Below, in pieces: positions 63,216 to 64,000 of a DNA stretch of 64,000 nt. The stretch is from Squalus acanthias (Eukaryota), in NCBI GenBank assembly GCA_030390025.1, contig CM059431.1, forward strand, positions 146,508,001-146,572,000. Reading direction: 5' to 3'. The notes below the pieces were generated by a model, which worked only from the letters and a program-made list of their open reading frames with translations, did not search any database and was not told the origin of the DNA. Made by a program: the position numbers and the translations under genes. Numbering within the stretch: the stretch's first letter is position 1; every line of letters begins with the position of its first letter.

Positions 63216-63954
63216 TGTAAGGAATCGTGGATTGAAATAAATAATAGTCTGTTACGGGATCCCTATATCAGTAGTTTGCCTAAGTTGATTATGTAGAAGG
63301 ATTCCAGTCATGTCCGAAAAATAGCTGTACAGAGAGTTGAATTACGAGGTCAGATCACAAAAACAGGCCTTCGAGTGGGCATAACTAGGCCTGTTAGGGA
63401 ATGCCGCAAGGATCTGTAGGATAAAGAAGCTGTCTACAAGAGGGCAACAAAACCTTTAGAAAACAGATAAGGAGGAAAATGAACTAATGAGGCTGGGAGG
63501 GGTCTGTCATAGGTGGCCTCTCCCTTGTTATTGGACAATAGGATGGTGGAAAATGATTGACACCAGTTAATCACCAGCCCGCTGAAATAACTATAAATAT
63601 AGACGACCGAGAGAGGAAGGCAGGCAGTTCGGGGTGAAGGCTTCCCCGAGGTGGCTACGGCCTAATACCTCCAACAGCTCGAGGGACGACCCAACGGAAG
63701 TGACCGCTGCAGCAGATTGAAGGAATCCACCCAATCCGAGACCACCGTACTGCCTCACCGTCTGTCCGGTTGTTTCGTTCCATTTCAGGGCCGTAGAGCG
63801 CCCTCCTCAGTCACGGGTTGTATGTCTATTATACTTATCTTAACCACATGTAATATCTGATTATGCTTTAAACTGTAGCTCTTTAATAAAAAGACTTACA
63901 AACTCCTAAAAACCTTTGGGTAATCTGTATGTGACCTGTGATCCAAATCTTACA
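63216..63954 (+). repeat. ERV-B 3' LTR (complete, 739 bp)
   Basis: tgtaag...cttaca perfect 6-bp inverted termini; tataaata near 63592; aataaa near 63885. Confidence 0.93.
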
Positions 63955-64000
63955 CAGCCAATCCTCCAGAACTAGTTGTAAGGAGCATTTCAGCGACCCA

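Larger units (their letters stand above)
59303..63954 (+). mobile_element. Endogenous retrovirus-like element ERV-B, heavily decayed, no recognisable pol
   Basis: Paired LTRs, PBS, PPT aaggtggggaga (63204-63215), env remnant. Confidence 0.9.

Overview
Eukaryotic (vertebrate) DNA, very repeat-rich. The repeat content and GPR139-like gene suggest a cartilaginous fish (inference). Most of the window is nested, decayed non-LTR retroelements: many CR1 copies, a second CR1/L2-group family, L2, RTE, a Penelope-like end and Deu-domain SINEs, plus several tandem arrays. Two host genes are recognisable, both broken only by in-frame stops: a B3GALT5-like galactosyltransferase (15303-16235) and a two-exon GPR139-like GPCR (56092-57524). 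A GC-rich CsRn1-type Ty3/Gypsy element lies at about 39.9-43.7 kb. The most striking content is two related endogenous retrovirus-like families. ERV-A (44066-49466) has gag, a largely deleted pol, an unassigned extra ORF with its own splice acceptor, and an env with short-SU/very-long-TM fusion-protein (F-like, lokiretrovirus-like) architecture. ERV-B (59303-63954) has paired LTRs, a tRNA-Leu PBS, a homologous env remnant and no recognisable pol. A 4-kb 23-bp minisatellite appears to derive from CR1 ORF2 sequence. All calls are by eye; no searches were run, and boundaries of decayed repeats are approximate.
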